DNA of 64,000 bases from an uncultured Planctomycetaceae bacterium (GTDB lineage Bacteria; Planctomycetota; Planctomycetia; Planctomycetales; Planctomycetaceae): assembly GCA_963813715.1 (NCBI GenBank), contig CAWFAK010000005.1, forward strand, positions 128,001 to 192,000, given 5' to 3'. The notes under the pieces are model-generated. The model was not told where the DNA came from and did not search any database. It saw nothing but the letters and a program-made list of their open reading frames with translations. Of this stretch, positions 23,281 to 34,606 are shown piece by piece (within the stretch, counting starts at the first letter, position 1; each line of letters starts with the position of its first letter). The position numbers and the translations under genes are program-made.

Positions 23281-24666
23281 ATGCCCGGGGAGTTTGCGCC
23301 GGAGATTCTCCGGGCAGGAATTGTTTGCGTGAGTGCCTCGACAACTTCGACTGCCTCCCTGGCGGCCCGCAACGTGCGGTCGCCGCGACGCGGGCCAACC
23401 GGCAAAAGGCTCTGGTTCTATCGGCTGGCGCTCCTCATCGTACTGCTGCCCCTGCTGGAGCTGATCTCGTGGGTTGGGCTCCGCGTCGCCGACCCGCAAG
23501 TTTCCCTCGCCGACCTGCACGACGATCAGGAGCAGTTGGCCCGCGCGTCCGTGGCGCTGGATCGGCCCGAGGTCGTCCATCCCTACATGGGTTGGGTCCT
23601 CAATCCGCAGACTCACTCCCAGGCCGAGGTCGGCGATCACCTGGAGCCGATCAACGAGATGGGCTTTGCCGACCTGGGGCCCACGCTGCGGAAGCGGGCG
23701 CCGGGCCACTTTCTGTTGGGCATCATCGGCGGCTCGGTCGCGCAGCAGTTCAGCTTCCGCGGGGCCGACGCGCTCATCCGCCGGCTCAAGCAGAGCGAGC
23801 GGTTTCAAGGCGTGACGATCGACATCGTGCGGCTGTCGTTCGCCGGCTTCAAAGAGCCGCAGCAGCTGATGACGCTGAACTATGTCCTCGCGCTCGGCGG
23901 CCAGCTCGATGGGCTGATCAACATCGACGGCTTCAACGAAGTCGCCTTGCCGACGTGCGAGAACCAGGACGATATCTTTGCCGCTTACCCCCGACTCTGG
24001 AACACGCTGACGATCAACCTGGTCGATCCACGGCACAGCGCGGAGGCGTATCGGTTGCTGGAGCTGCGGGCGCTGCGGCAGGAAGCGGCCCGCGCCATGC
24101 TCGATTCCCCGCTCCGCTGGTCGCCGACGCGGAACCTGCTCTGGAAAATTCGCGACAGCTACTTGGCCAAGAAACTCCTCGTACTGGCCAACGTCGTCTT
24201 CACCAAGGAACGGGAGGCGGGCCGCGCCTTTGCCATCGCCGGGCCCCCGCAGCTTTATCACAGCGAGAAGGAGCGGTATCCCCAACTTGCCGAGCTGTGG
24301 GCCAACGGCTCGCGGCAGCTCGATTATCTGTGCCGCGCCAATCACATCGCCTACGTGCACGTGTTGCAGCCCAATCAATACGTGCCCAACTCGAAGTCCC
24401 TCGGCCCGCTCGAAATGAGCGTCGCCTATCACGATGACAACTGCTATGCGAGCGGCGTGAAGGGCGGCTATCCCGAGCTGTTGCGCGCCGGAGAAAAGTT
24501 GCGGGCCGACGGCGTCGACTTTCACGACCTGACGCGGCTCTTCGCCGCCTTTGCCGATCCGATCTACGTCGACGCGTGCTGCCACTACAACCAGAAGGGG
24601 AACGACCTCTTGGCCGAGGCCGTGGCGGAAGCCCTGTTGGCGAACCTCGAGCATGCGTCGCACTGA
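23281..24666 (+). CDS. Membrane-anchored SGNH-hydrolase-like protein (start uncertain)
   Basis: N-terminal TM (LALLIVLLPLLELISW), then GGSVA, DGFNE and DACCHYN, which resemble SGNH blocks I, III and V. Confidence 0.6.
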   Translation: MPGEFAPEILRAGIVCVSASTTSTASLAARNVRSPRRGPTGKRLWFYRLALLIVLLPLLELISWVGLRVADPQVSLADLHDDQEQLARASVALDRPEVVHPYMGWVLNPQTHSQAEVGDHLEPINEMGFADLGPTLRKRAPGHFLLGIIGGSVAQQFSFRGADALIRRLKQSERFQGVTIDIVRLSFAGFKEPQQLMTLNYVLALGGQLDGLINIDGFNEVALPTCENQDDIFAAYPRLWNTLTINLVDPRHSAEAYRLLELRALRQEAARAMLDSPLRWSPTRNLLWKIRDSYLAKKLLVLANVVFTKEREAGRAFAIAGPPQLYHSEKERYPQLAELWANGSRQLDYLCRANHIAYVHVLQPNQYVPNSKSLGPLEMSVAYHDDNCYASGVKGGYPELLRAGEKLRADGVDFHDLTRLFAAFADPIYVDACCHYNQKGNDLLAEAVAEALLANLEHASH

Positions 24667-24697
24667 CGGTCGATCGAGTCCGGCACCGACCGGCCGG

Positions 24698-26402
24698 TCA
24701 GATGTAGCCCAGGTCGTGCAGCGTCGCCATCGTCCCCACCGCAATGAAAAACGTGCCAAAGCAGACCATCGCGATGCGGATCACCCAACTGGGCCGCAGC
24801 TCCTTGGGCAACAGCAGCGAGTTGACGACCACCGTGTGGAAGCAACTGAAGCCGAAGGCGAAGTTGTAGACCATGCCGGCCAAGAGCAAGAGTCGCGTCG
24901 GTTCGTTGAACGAGAGCATGACCAGGCTGAACGCCGACAACACGGCCAGCGTGCCGAAATAGACGTAGCGGATTGATCCCGGGTCCATGGCCCGCAGCGT
25001 TTTGCTCGACGTCCAGAAGACGTCGACCCAGCGGCGGACGACGCCGTCGGCCGCCGTTGCCATCGTTGGGGCGAGCACCAGGAATCCGCAGAAGAGCGTC
25101 ATGTACCAGACGAAGTGGCCCCAGGCGGGGCTGCCCATCGACGTCGCCACCCGGTCGCGGACGGCGCCGGCCGTAAAGCCGGCAGCCACCCAGCCGCTCG
25201 ACATCACCTGGCCCCGCTTGAGAAACTCGACCGACAGCATGCTGGGCAGCGCGAGGCCGAAGAAGCAGGCCGGCATCCAAACGGCCGTCTGGTCGCGGAC
25301 GACGTGCCGATACCAGCGCTTCCAGCGGGGCAACGACTCGTCGTCGACCAGGAACACCGTGCCCACGTGCGAGAGCTGGATATTCTGCCCGCCGAACACG
25401 CTGGGAATCGCGCCGACGTGGGCCCCCATGCCCCAGCCCTGGTCGCGCGTGTAGTTGCTGATCGGCGTGTTGGACAGGCCTCCGTTGCCCGAGATGGCCA
25501 CGAGGGCCGAAAGAAAGGCGATCATCGCCCAATCGACGTGCGGCAGCTTGCCGGTCTCCCAGAGTGAGACGAACGCGTTTCGCGTTTCGGCGCCGGGCGG
25601 GATGGCGTCGCTTTCCTTGTCATTTGCCGCGACGGGAGCTTTGTCGCCTGGCGGCTCTTCGACCGAGTGGATCGGCACGCTGCCGAACTTGAAAAAGCCG
25701 CTGGAGATTTCGGCCCACGTCTTCCAGTGCGATTGAAAGATCGCCAGCACGATCAGAAAGCCCATCACCGACGATGATCTTGAACGTCATGATGGCCTTG
25801 AGCGCGTTGTAGATCTTGCCGCCGAAAATCAGCGGCAAGAGCGAGGCCAGAAAGATGGCGTACGCCAGCCCCCGGATCATCTGCCTGTGCGTGAAGACCG
25901 AGGTGAATCCGAGCAAGTGCAGCGTGGCCGAGCCGTGGTCCGCATCGGGAATTCTGCCCAGAATGACGGCCGCGAGCGGCGTGGCCGCGTTGGCGGCCAG
26001 GTACGGGAAGACCGAGCCAAAATCGAGCAGCAGGTACACGATCACCCAGAACTGCGGCCCGGGCAGCGTGCGAAACTTGCCCGTGAAAATCGGCTCGCCC
26101 GAGTACAGCGTGTAGCGGGAGATCTCGATGTTATAGATGACCTGCCCGACGATGCTCAGCGTGGCCAGCCACAAGAGGCTGCCGCCGAACCGCGCGGTAA
26201 CGGCCGGCCCCATCAGCCATTCGCCGCCGCCGATCGCCGCGCCGCCGGCCAGGAGCCCCGGTCCGAGCATCGAGAACCAATTTCGCGAGGTGAAGTGCGG
26301 AGCGTCGGGGAGTTTGCCGACGTTCCAACGCGGCATCTCTCGCGAGCCGGGGTACGGAGCGACGGCCGATTCCGGCGAGGCGGATTGAGGGGGGCGGTCC
26401 AT
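24698..26402 (-). CDS. Nramp-like/APC-fold transporter (frameshift near 25770)
   Basis: LGPGLLAGGAAIGGGEW TM1 motif, RYTLYSGE, about 11 TM helices and DQGWGMG. Confidence 0.75.
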
Positions 26403-26609
26403 GCTGTGTGTCCGCGCGGTAGGAGGGCGAAACGGCCCGCGGGGTGGGTCGAGCGCGCAAAGCGACTTTCTTCCGTTTTGACATGCGTGGCTCGGAACGT
26501 CAAACGCAACGCCCGGCGACCCGCATTCTCAGGCCCTCCGGCACCGTCTACAATTGGCGGTTTGGCCGTCAACGGTCGCTGTGCCGAGCGGAAAGAAATC
26601 GACCTACGA

Positions 26610-27807
26610 ATGAATTGGCTCAACCTCTTTCTCTTGATGCTGCTGACGGTCGGCCACACCGAGCTCCTGGTCACCGTGATCAACCGCATCGAGTCGCTGC
26701 CGTTCCCCAAGCGCGTGCTGCGCGGCTTGCGGATGCTCGAGGATCTGGTGATCGCCGCCTTTCCGATCGTGGCGATTTTCGCAGTCGGGCTGGGAGGCGC
26801 CGGGCTCTTGCGCGGCGGACGCTGGAGCGACCTGCCGACCGGCTGGCTCGTCTACTTTTCGCTCTGCGCGTGCGGTTTCGTCGGGCTGGTGATTGCCGTG
26901 CTCCGCTGGTGGGCGTTGCGGCCGCCGACACTTCAGCTTTCCAATCACTCGCGGACCGTCGACATCGCGCAGACGCTCGGCTACCCGCCGGTTGGGCACG
27001 GCCTCGTCCGCCTGTTCGCGCGGCTCCCCCAGAACCAAATCTTTCGCGTGCAGGTGTCGGACAAGCGCTACGCTCTGCCTCGCGTGCCGAGCTGCGTGGA
27101 ACGAGCTGTCGATCCTGCATCTGACCGACACGCACTTCACCGGCAAGATCGATCGCCCGTTCTTCGAGGAAATCGCCCGGCTGGCCGAACAGACCCCGGC
27201 CGACCTCGTCGTCTTCACCGGCGACCTGCTCGACGACATCGACCTGTTGCCCTGGCTCGCCGCGACCATCGGCCGCCTGAAAGCGCCGCTCGGTTGTTAC
27301 TTCGTCCTGGGCAATCATGACTGGTTCTACGGGGCGGACGAAATTCGAGCCGAGTTCGAGCGGTGCGGTTGGCACAGCGTCGCGGGGAAGGTGATCCGTG
27401 TCGAGCACCGCGGCCAAACGCTCGAGATCGGCGGCACGGAACGTCCGTGGATGGGCCGGCAGCCGCAATTCGCGCCGCCCAGCGATGCCTTTCGCGTGCT
27501 GTTGAGTCACACCCCCGACCATTTCGAGTGGGCGCAGCGAAATCGCGTCGACCTGATGCTCGCCGGACACAACCACGGCGGACAGATCGTGCTGCCGGTC
27601 ATCGGTCCCGTCTTCAGCCCGAGCCGCTACGGCGTCCGCTACGCGGGCGGAGCGTTTTGGGTCGATCCGACACTCTTGTACGTGTCGCGCGGGCTCTCGG
27701 GCCGGCGCCCGATTCGATTCAATTGTCCGCCCGAGATGACGCGACTGATCCTTACGCCCTCCGCCAGCCCTTCGCCAACGGGAACACCGCCATGGGCCGG
27801 CGGCTGA
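26610..27807 (+). CDS. Membrane-anchored metallophosphoesterase (YkuE-like), frameshift near 27090
   Basis: N-terminal TMs; HLTDTH, GDLLD, GNHD, SHTPD and GHNHGGQ motifs. Confidence 0.85.
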
Positions 27808-28917
27808 CGCTGGTCTCCCCGTCGCTCGCACTCGGCGGGGCAGAGCGGGTCGTCTCGCGGATGGCCAACCACTGGGCAGCCGGCGGCGACACCGTCTCCG
27901 TCATCACGCTCTCCGGAACGGCTTGCGACACCTACGCGCTCGACCCGGCCGTCGCGCGCATCGCGCTCGACATGATGGGGGAGTCGAGGGGACCGCTCGC
28001 CGCACTCTTCAACAATTGGCGCCGCGTGTCGCCGATTGAGGAGCGCCATTCGCCAGTCGCAACCCGACACAGTGATCAGCTTCACCGACCGGATGAACGT
28101 CGTGACGCTGTTGGCGGGTCGGCCGCTCGGCGTCGACACCGTCGTCTCCGAACGGATCGACCCGTCGCAGCAGCCGTTCGGCCGGAGCTGGTCGTGGTTG
28201 CGTCGTCGCGCTTATCCGTCGGCACGAGCCCTGGTCGTCCAGACGCAAGCCGCGCGGCGACACCTCGAATCGGTGATGCGCGGCCGGCCGATCTACGTGA
28301 TTCCAAACGCCATCGACGAGCCGACCGCCCCGGGCCCGGCGGGCAATCCACGCCGCTCTGCTGACGGCAAACTGCAACTGGCCGCGATGGGCCGCCTCGC
28401 TCCGCAAAAGGGATTCGACCTGCTCATCGATGCGTTCGCGCAGGCTGCCGAGGATCGGCCGGATTGGTCGCTCGTGATCCTGGGCGAAGGACCGGAGCGA
28501 AAGCACCTCGAGGAACAGATCCAGTCGCGCGGGCTGCAGGGCCGCGTTCGGCTGCTTGGCTGGGTTGCCGATCCAAACGCCGTGCTGCGTGACTGCGATG
28601 CGTTCGTGCTGTCGTCCCGCTTCGAGGGCTTTCCGAACGCGCTGCTCGAGGCCATGGCGCTCGGTTTGCCGGCCGTCGCCGTCGATTGTCCCTCCGGCCC
28701 GGCGGACATCATCCGCGACGAAGTCGACGGTCTGCTCGTTCCCCTGGGAGACGTCCCCGCCTTGACCACGGCCCTCCGCCGGCTGATGTGTGACGAAAAG
28801 CTCCGCCACCGGTTGGGACGAGAGGCGGTGCAGGTTGTCGAGCGTTTCAGCAGCGAGCGCTACTACGCCCGCTGGGAAGCCGTCCTCCGCCACGACCCGC
28901 CGTCAAGCCTCGAATGA
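27792..28917 (+). CDS. Glycosyltransferase family 4 (frameshift near 28030)
   Basis: GGAERV, GRLAPQKGFDLL and SSRFEGFPNALLEAMALG motifs. Confidence 0.9.
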
Positions 28918-29108
28918 CGCGGGCGAACGTCCGCGCGCTTCTGGCGGCGTTCCCAAAAATCTTCCGACTTGTTTCTACGCCCCTAGAAACTCGCTCTCCG
29001 CGCCCGCGGCTCGGCGCGTCACGATGGGCACTGGATCTCTCACCGCAGCCGACTCGCGGGGTGCCGAATGGTCAGCGTTTGTCCTGCGAGCGAACGGCGG
29101 CTGAAGCG

Positions 29109-29363
29109 GGGACGGGACACGAACATTGGGACGGGACTGCATTGCCCTCACCACGGGACGGGACACGAACGGGACGGGATTCATCCCGGGTAAGGGCAAG
29201 GCTTTGCCTGCCGCCAGCGCCGGTAGCGGGACGGGACAAGTTGTTTGACCCGGGAAAACAGCCGAATCCGGGACGGGACACGAATATTGGGACGGGATTG
29301 AATCGCCCTCATCCCGCCCTCGCCAATCGGGAGCAGTCGGAGGAAAGTCGAATGGGACGGGAC
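29109..29363. repeat. Intergenic cluster of 8 GGGACGGGA direct repeats
   Basis: Copies start at 29109, 29128, 29155, 29171, 29228, 29270, 29289 and 29354. The larger unit GGGACGGGACACGAAYATTGGGACGGGA occurs at 29109 and 29270. Confidence 0.85.
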
Positions 29364-31658
29364 TCAGAAATCCCGGCGTTCGATGTAGACGCACGTGATG
29401 GTCAGCACCACAGCCAGGAAGATCACGTTGCTGATGATCGGCGGCCAAATGTTGACCGGCGGTCGCTCCTCGCGGTTCGGCTCTTCGCGCGGTCCCCGTG
29501 CCTGGTCGAACAGCTCGATCGGGTCCCCTGCCACCAGGTACGTGACGACGTCGTTCAACTCGCCCGGCTTGGGAAAGACCGTGTACAGCGGCGTCACCAC
29601 GAAGCGATAGAGGATTTGCAGTGTGTCCATCGGCGGCAGATAGGCGTTGCCCCGCTCGAACGGGTCGAGCCGATAGGCGTTCACGCGGCCGAACCCGTCG
29701 GCAACGAGCAGCCGATTTTCGGGCGAGAAGGTGATGGCGGTGATGTCCCCCTGGTTGCCGATTCGCAGCTGCAGCTGCTTTTCGACGTCGTACAGCCAGA
29801 CGTGGCCGTCGTCGAACAGCACGGCCAGATAGCGACCGTCGGGCGAGGCGGCCAGCTTCCGCGGCTTGGCCGTGCCGCGCGGCGTGAGATCGAGTTCTTC
29901 GTTGAGCGAGGCCGCGTCGTGGATCCGGACATGTCCGTCGCCCGTCGCCAGGGCAATGCGATTGCCGACGAAGTCGAGGAGGGCCCCTTTTTCGGTGTCG
30001 ATGTCGGCGTCGCGCGTGAGCGTGTAGTGGCCGGCGGCGTCGGGTGTGAACAGGCTGAGCGTGCCATGCGAGAAGATGGCCAATCGCCCATCCTGATGAT
30101 TGATAGCCGCCGCGAACGGTTTGCGCCATTTTTGTTCGGGTGTGGGGCCGATCTTCTCGAACTTGCCGCTGTCCTGCGGAGAGATGTCGACGCCGAACAC
30201 TTTGAACGGCCGATGCTCGTGGGCCGCATCCCCCTGAAAGCGGAAGATGCCGGTCAGGCTGATGACGAGGATCTGCCCCTTGGGATCGATCAACAGGGCC
30301 AGCGGATTGCTAGGAGTGACGGCATTCTCCATGCGGCGCCACTCCTGATTGCGTTCGCCGATCAGCAGCTTCCCCGAGCCGCCGAACATCTCGAACCGCG
30401 TGCGGGCCGATTCGACGGCCACGATACGATTGTGAATCGGATCGTAAACCGGGCCGAGCAGCGATGGGCGAAAGAAGAGGCGGGCGCTCCCTTCATCGCG
30501 CCCGCGGAAGACCTCGTCCCACGCCTGGTGGTCGTTGGCCCACTCGAAGGTCTGCCCGGAGCGGTTGACCGTCAGCAGCTTTTCGCCGGCCGGAATAATG
30601 TTCGAGACGCGGATGGGATCGAGAAACGTCTCCTCGGCCACGCGCTTCGCTGTGCCCACGGTGAAGCAGACGCCCCAGAAGAGGGCCGTGCAACAAACCG
30701 ACACGATGGCGTTGCGCCAAATCACGCCCGTGAGCGCGGAGACCGAGTAGTAGATCACGAACAGGAACAGAAACACCGGCACGCACAGCAGGAGCTTGCC
30801 GCTCCAGATGTCGAACCGCAGCCCGGCGATCAGCCACATCCCGCCGATCAGGTAGATCGAATTCAGCAGAATGAATGTCGACGCGCCGAAGAACTTGGTG
30901 AGAAACAAGAGCGAACGCGAGACCGGCTTGCTCAGCAACAGATCGATGGCCCCCGGCTCGAACGTCTGCGGCACCATCGGCGCCGTCACCAGAATGGCGA
31001 TCAGCACGCCCAGAATGCCGGCCAGAAACGTCATCAGCAACGAGAGGGCATAATTCACCAACAGCGTGAGCTGCTTGGGCTCGAAGGGGAGCGGCGCGCC
31101 CAGCCGATAGCCAAACCACTCGGCGTACAGGTTGCGACCCGGGGCGGGCAAGAGATATTCGGGGAAGGCGGCATCGATCAGCAGGCGATTGAAGCGACGC
31201 TGTTCATCGGTCGAGAGGTTGTCCCAGCCGCGTTCCGCCAGCTTTTGACCTTCGCCGGTCAGACTGCCGGTCGGCCACAGCTTGGGATCGTAGAGATCCT
31301 GTTTGTCGACCATGCCGTTGAACTCGCCGCGCACGTCGCGGAGCACATCGAGCTGCCGATTGATGTTCGTCGGGCTGACGACGTGCAACTCGTGGCGCAG
31401 CGATTCGTCCAACCGCGACCAGATCTTGTGAGCGGCCGACGGTGCCTTCTTCGTTTCCTGCGACGCCAGGAATTGCAAGAACTCGGGGCCGTTGCGGAAT
31501 TCGTTCCGTTGGAAGCGGTAGGCCGTCTCTTCGCGAAGCGCGAAGGGGGCCAAGCCGACAAACAGGACCAGCGTGATCAGGCCGGTGATCAGCCAGAGGA
31601 TCCGCGACGCGAAGGCTTCGCGAAACGAGTCTTTGAAGACAGCCAGGTAGGGTCTCAT
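29364..31658 (-). CDS. ABC-2-type permease with large extracytoplasmic insertions (WD40/beta-propeller-like)
   Basis: DSFREA start, EPGAIDLLLSKPVSR..KFFG, LAASPDGRYLAV/ITFSPENRLLV repeats and a terminal ERRDF. Confidence 0.8.
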   Translation of the reverse strand: MRPYLAVFKDSFREAFASRILWLITGLITLVLFVGLAPFALREETAYRFQRNEFRNGPEFLQFLASQETKKAPSAAHKIWSRLDESLRHELHVVSPTNINRQLDVLRDVRGEFNGMVDKQDLYDPKLWPTGSLTGEGQKLAERGWDNLSTDEQRRFNRLLIDAAFPEYLLPAPGRNLYAEWFGYRLGAPLPFEPKQLTLLVNYALSLLMTFLAGILGVLIAILVTAPMVPQTFEPGAIDLLLSKPVSRSLLFLTKFFGASTFILLNSIYLIGGMWLIAGLRFDIWSGKLLLCVPVFLFLFVIYYSVSALTGVIWRNAIVSVCCTALFWGVCFTVGTAKRVAEETFLDPIRVSNIIPAGEKLLTVNRSGQTFEWANDHQAWDEVFRGRDEGSARLFFRPSLLGPVYDPIHNRIVAVESARTRFEMFGGSGKLLIGERNQEWRRMENAVTPSNPLALLIDPKGQILVISLTGIFRFQGDAAHEHRPFKVFGVDISPQDSGKFEKIGPTPEQKWRKPFAAAINHQDGRLAIFSHGTLSLFTPDAAGHYTLTRDADIDTEKGALLDFVGNRIALATGDGHVRIHDAASLNEELDLTPRGTAKPRKLAASPDGRYLAVLFDDGHVWLYDVEKQLQLRIGNQGDITAITFSPENRLLVADGFGRVNAYRLDPFERGNAYLPPMDTLQILYRFVVTPLYTVFPKPGELNDVVTYLVAGDPIELFDQARGPREEPNREERPPVNIWPPIISNVIFLAVVLTITCVYIERRDF

Positions 31659-32668
31659 GAGATGCGCTCGAGCCCTTCCTTGCCGTCAACCGCCGGTTCG
31701 CTTTTCCCGTTCTCTTTGCCGTCGTCGTTGAGCACCAGGTCGAGAAAGACCTGCTCGAGCGACAGTTGCCGCCGGCCCACGGCCGCAATGCTGATGCCGC
31801 CCTGCCGGAAGAGGTCGATCCAATGATCCAACTCTCCTTGATCGCGGGCCTCGACCGTGATGCGCAGATGATCGGCATCGACCGGCTGGGCTGCCAGCAC
31901 GGTGCGTCCGTTGAGCAGCCGGCGGACACGCGCTTCGTCGGCCCGCAGCGTGATCACGGCATCGGTCGAAGTGTTGTGCCGCAACGCGTCGACGGTATCC
32001 ATGCGGCGAAGCTTGCCGCGGCCGAGGATGGCCACCCGATCGCACACCAGCTCGACTTCTTGCAGCAGGTGGCTGTTGAGAAAGATCGTTTTGCCCTCGC
32101 TCTTGAGCCGGGCGAGGACCTCGCGAATTTCGGCTCGACCCACCGGATCGACGCCGTCGGTCGGCTCGTCGAGGATCAGCAAATCGGGATTGTGCAGCAT
32201 GGCCTGCGCGAGGCCCAGTCGCTGCGCCATGCCCTTGGAGTATTTCCGTACGAGGGTTTTGCCCCAGCGTCCCAGCCCGACCATTTCCAGCAGCTTGGGT
32301 CGCAGACGGCGGATTTCCCCGAGCGGCACATTGCTCAGGCCGCCGTAATACTCGAGCGCCGTATTGCCGGTGAGGTGGTGGGGAATGCGATGGTGTTCGG
32401 GCAGGTAGCCGATCTTACGCCGCGTCGCCCGATGCCCGGCGGGCCGGCCCAGCATCTCGGCCTGCCCGCCCGACTTGTGCACGAGTCCCAGCAGGATCTT
32501 GATCAGCGTGGTCTTGCCCGCGCCGTTGGGCCCCAGCAGCCCGAAGATTTCGCCCCGGTTGACGCTGAGACTGACGCCCTGGAGCGCCGGCACGCGGCGC
32601 CTGCCAAACCAGCCGTCCCGGTACGTTTTCGACAGCTCGTGCGTCTGGATGGCCAACGAATCGGACAT
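31655..32668 (-). CDS. ABC transporter ATP-binding protein
   Basis: GPNGAGKTT, YSKGM, ILDEPT and NSH motifs; 4-bp overlap with the permease. Confidence 0.95.
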   Translation of the reverse strand: MSDSLAIQTHELSKTYRDGWFGRRRVPALQGVSLSVNRGEIFGLLGPNGAGKTTLIKILLGLVHKSGGQAEMLGRPAGHRATRRKIGYLPEHHRIPHHLTGNTALEYYGGLSNVPLGEIRRLRPKLLEMVGLGRWGKTLVRKYSKGMAQRLGLAQAMLHNPDLLILDEPTDGVDPVGRAEIREVLARLKSEGKTIFLNSHLLQEVELVCDRVAILGRGKLRRMDTVDALRHNTSTDAVITLRADEARVRRLLNGRTVLAAQPVDADHLRITVEARDQGELDHWIDLFRQGGISIAAVGRRQLSLEQVFLDLVLNDDGKENGKSEPAVDGKEGLERIS

Positions 32669-32918
32669 AGTCTCTCGGGTGCCGGTGGCACGTGCCTCAT
32701 CAAAGTTGTGCCGCGGCTGACGCTCCATCACCCGGCGCTCGGTTCCACTATGATAGTCGTCGGCACCCTCGGGACAAATTCGGGCGCGAACAATTCGACG
32801 ATGGCTGCGCGGTCGAAAGGGTTTGCGACCAGAGACGACCGGCGCGATCAACCGGCCCGATGCAACAACCGACGATCCCAATACAGCTCAAGACTTTTTG
32901 ACGACGAGGACGCCCAGC

Positions 32919-33284
32919 ATGCAGCGGCGATCACTGGCGGCCAGCTTTCGCGATGCGTTCAACGGGATCGGCCACGTCCTGTGGACTCAGCGCAACGCGA
33001 AGATTCAGCTCGGGGTCGGTGTGGTCGTGCTGGCTCTGGCGGCCGGCCTGAAAGTCTCCCCTCGCGACTGGGCGGTGTTGCTGCTGACGTCGACGGCCGT
33101 GCTCGCCGCCGAGATTGCCAACACGGCGGTGGAAACGTTGGTCGACGCCTTCTGTCCCGGCCCGAGCGAATCGGCCCGCATTGCCAAGGACGCAGCCGCC
33201 GGCGCCGTGTTGATGCTGGCCATCGGCTCCGTGGCGGTCGGCCTCTGCATCCTGGGCCCGCCGTTATGGCGGCTGCTTGTATGA
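32919..33284 (+). CDS. dgkA: Prokaryotic diacylglycerol/undecaprenol kinase
   Basis: SFRDAFNGI, AEIANTAVETLVD and AKDAAAGAV motifs with 3 TM helices. Confidence 0.85.
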   Translation: MQRRSLAASFRDAFNGIGHVLWTQRNAKIQLGVGVVVLALAAGLKVSPRDWAVLLLTSTAVLAAEIANTAVETLVDAFCPGPSESARIAKDAAAGAVLMLAIGSVAVGLCILGPPLWRLLV

Positions 33285-34283
33285 GTCGCGTTCGCTTTTC
33301 GGTGGACGCAACATTAAGGAAGCGGTGGCTTCGGCCGGAGATTTTTGTTCGAAGAGCACCGCGTAGACTTCTGCCGCGATCGGCATTTCGATCCCGCGCT
33401 GCTCGGCTAGCTCGGAGATGCTGCGAGTCGTTGTGATGCCTTCGGCGACGCCGTTCATCTCTGCGACGATCTGCTCGAGGCTTTGTCCCCGGCCGAGGCA
33501 TTCGCCGACGTGCCGGTTGCGGCTGTGCCGCGAAAAGCAGGTGGTGACGAGATCGCCCAGGCCGGCCAGGCCGTTGAACGTTTCCGCCTCGGCGCCGAGG
33601 GCCGTGCCGAAGCGGATCATTTCGACGAGACCGCGGGTCACCAGGCCGCTCTTGGCGTTGTCGCCAAAGCCCAGTCCGTCGCAAATGCCGGCCGCGATGG
33701 CGATCACGTTCTTGATCGCGCCGGCCAGTTCGACGCCGACGATGTCGACGTTGGTGTACACGCGAAAGCGAGCCGTGCTGAAGAGCGTCTGCACTTGTTC
33801 GGCCAGATGCCGATCGGAGGAGGCAGCCACGACGCCGGCGGGCAGACGGCGAGCGATTTCCTCGGCATGGCTCGGGCCGCCGAGCGCGGCCACGGCGCGA
33901 GAGCCAAGCACGTCGACGATGATTTCGCTGGGACGCATCAGCGTGCCGATCTCCAGCCCCTTCGCCACGCTGACGACGGGCAATCCCGCCGGAATGCTGC
34001 CCGCAAGCGGGCTGAGTGTGTCGCGGAGATATCGCGTCGGGATGGCGGCGACGGCCAGTTCGGCTCCGTCGACGACCTGGGCAATGTCGCTCGTGATCCG
34101 CGCGCCCACGGGAAGTGGCACTCCGGGAAGCAGCTTGCGGTTTTCTCCGTCGCGGATCAGTTCGGCCGCACGCTCGGGCGTGCGCGTCCAGATTCGCACG
34201 TCGCACCGCGATCGCTCGGAGAGCAAAACGGCGCAAGCGGTTGCCATTCCACCGCTGCCAAGAATCGCGATCGGTTCAGCCAT
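33264..34283 (-). CDS. gpsA: NAD(P)H-dependent glycerol-3-phosphate dehydrogenase
   Basis: GSGGMA, AKGLE, GPSHAEE, GVELAGAIKNVIAIAAG and GLGDLVTTC..SRN motifs. Confidence 0.95.
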   Translation of the reverse strand: MAEPIAILGSGGMATACAVLLSERSRCDVRIWTRTPERAAELIRDGENRKLLPGVPLPVGARITSDIAQVVDGAELAVAAIPTRYLRDTLSPLAGSIPAGLPVVSVAKGLEIGTLMRPSEIIVDVLGSRAVAALGGPSHAEEIARRLPAGVVAASSDRHLAEQVQTLFSTARFRVYTNVDIVGVELAGAIKNVIAIAAGICDGLGFGDNAKSGLVTRGLVEMIRFGTALGAEAETFNGLAGLGDLVTTCFSRHSRNRHVGECLGRGQSLEQIVAEMNGVAEGITTTRSISELAEQRGIEMPIAAEVYAVLFEQKSPAEATASLMLRPPKSERDSYKQPP

Positions 34284-34606
34284 GGGCGAAACTCGGGACA
34301 CAAACGGGCAACTTCCGGTCCGTGGATCGAGCCGTTGCCGTCGGGAACGGATTGGCACGCACAGACCGTCGATCCGGCATAATCGGCTTTTTGCTTGGGG
34401 ACGGAAGGGGCAATTTCCGTGCGGCATTTGCCGCTTGGAAAGAATTTGCCCGTAGGGTGATTCGGGGCTAAATTTTGACGACCGCTTGCCGACAGATGCT
34501 ACTGGCGTTCGCCGGATCGTTCGGACTGAAGGCGTGCCGCTGGGCAGTGTCGACGCGATCGCCGTGACGATCTCCGTCGCACGGTCACGCTTTAGGGGTA
34601 TCGTAA

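Noticed and set aside
29109..29363. CRISPR array
   Set aside because: The repeat is only 9-10 bp, spacing is irregular (16-65 bp), spacers are partly repeated and no cas genes are present.
28914..31826. 970-aa plus-strand ORF and similar long antisense ORFs (15816..17465, 20042..21655, 36913..38511, 45289..46806, 58633..60216)
   Set aside because: Shadow frames opposite well-supported genes, expected at high GC; no recognisable motifs.
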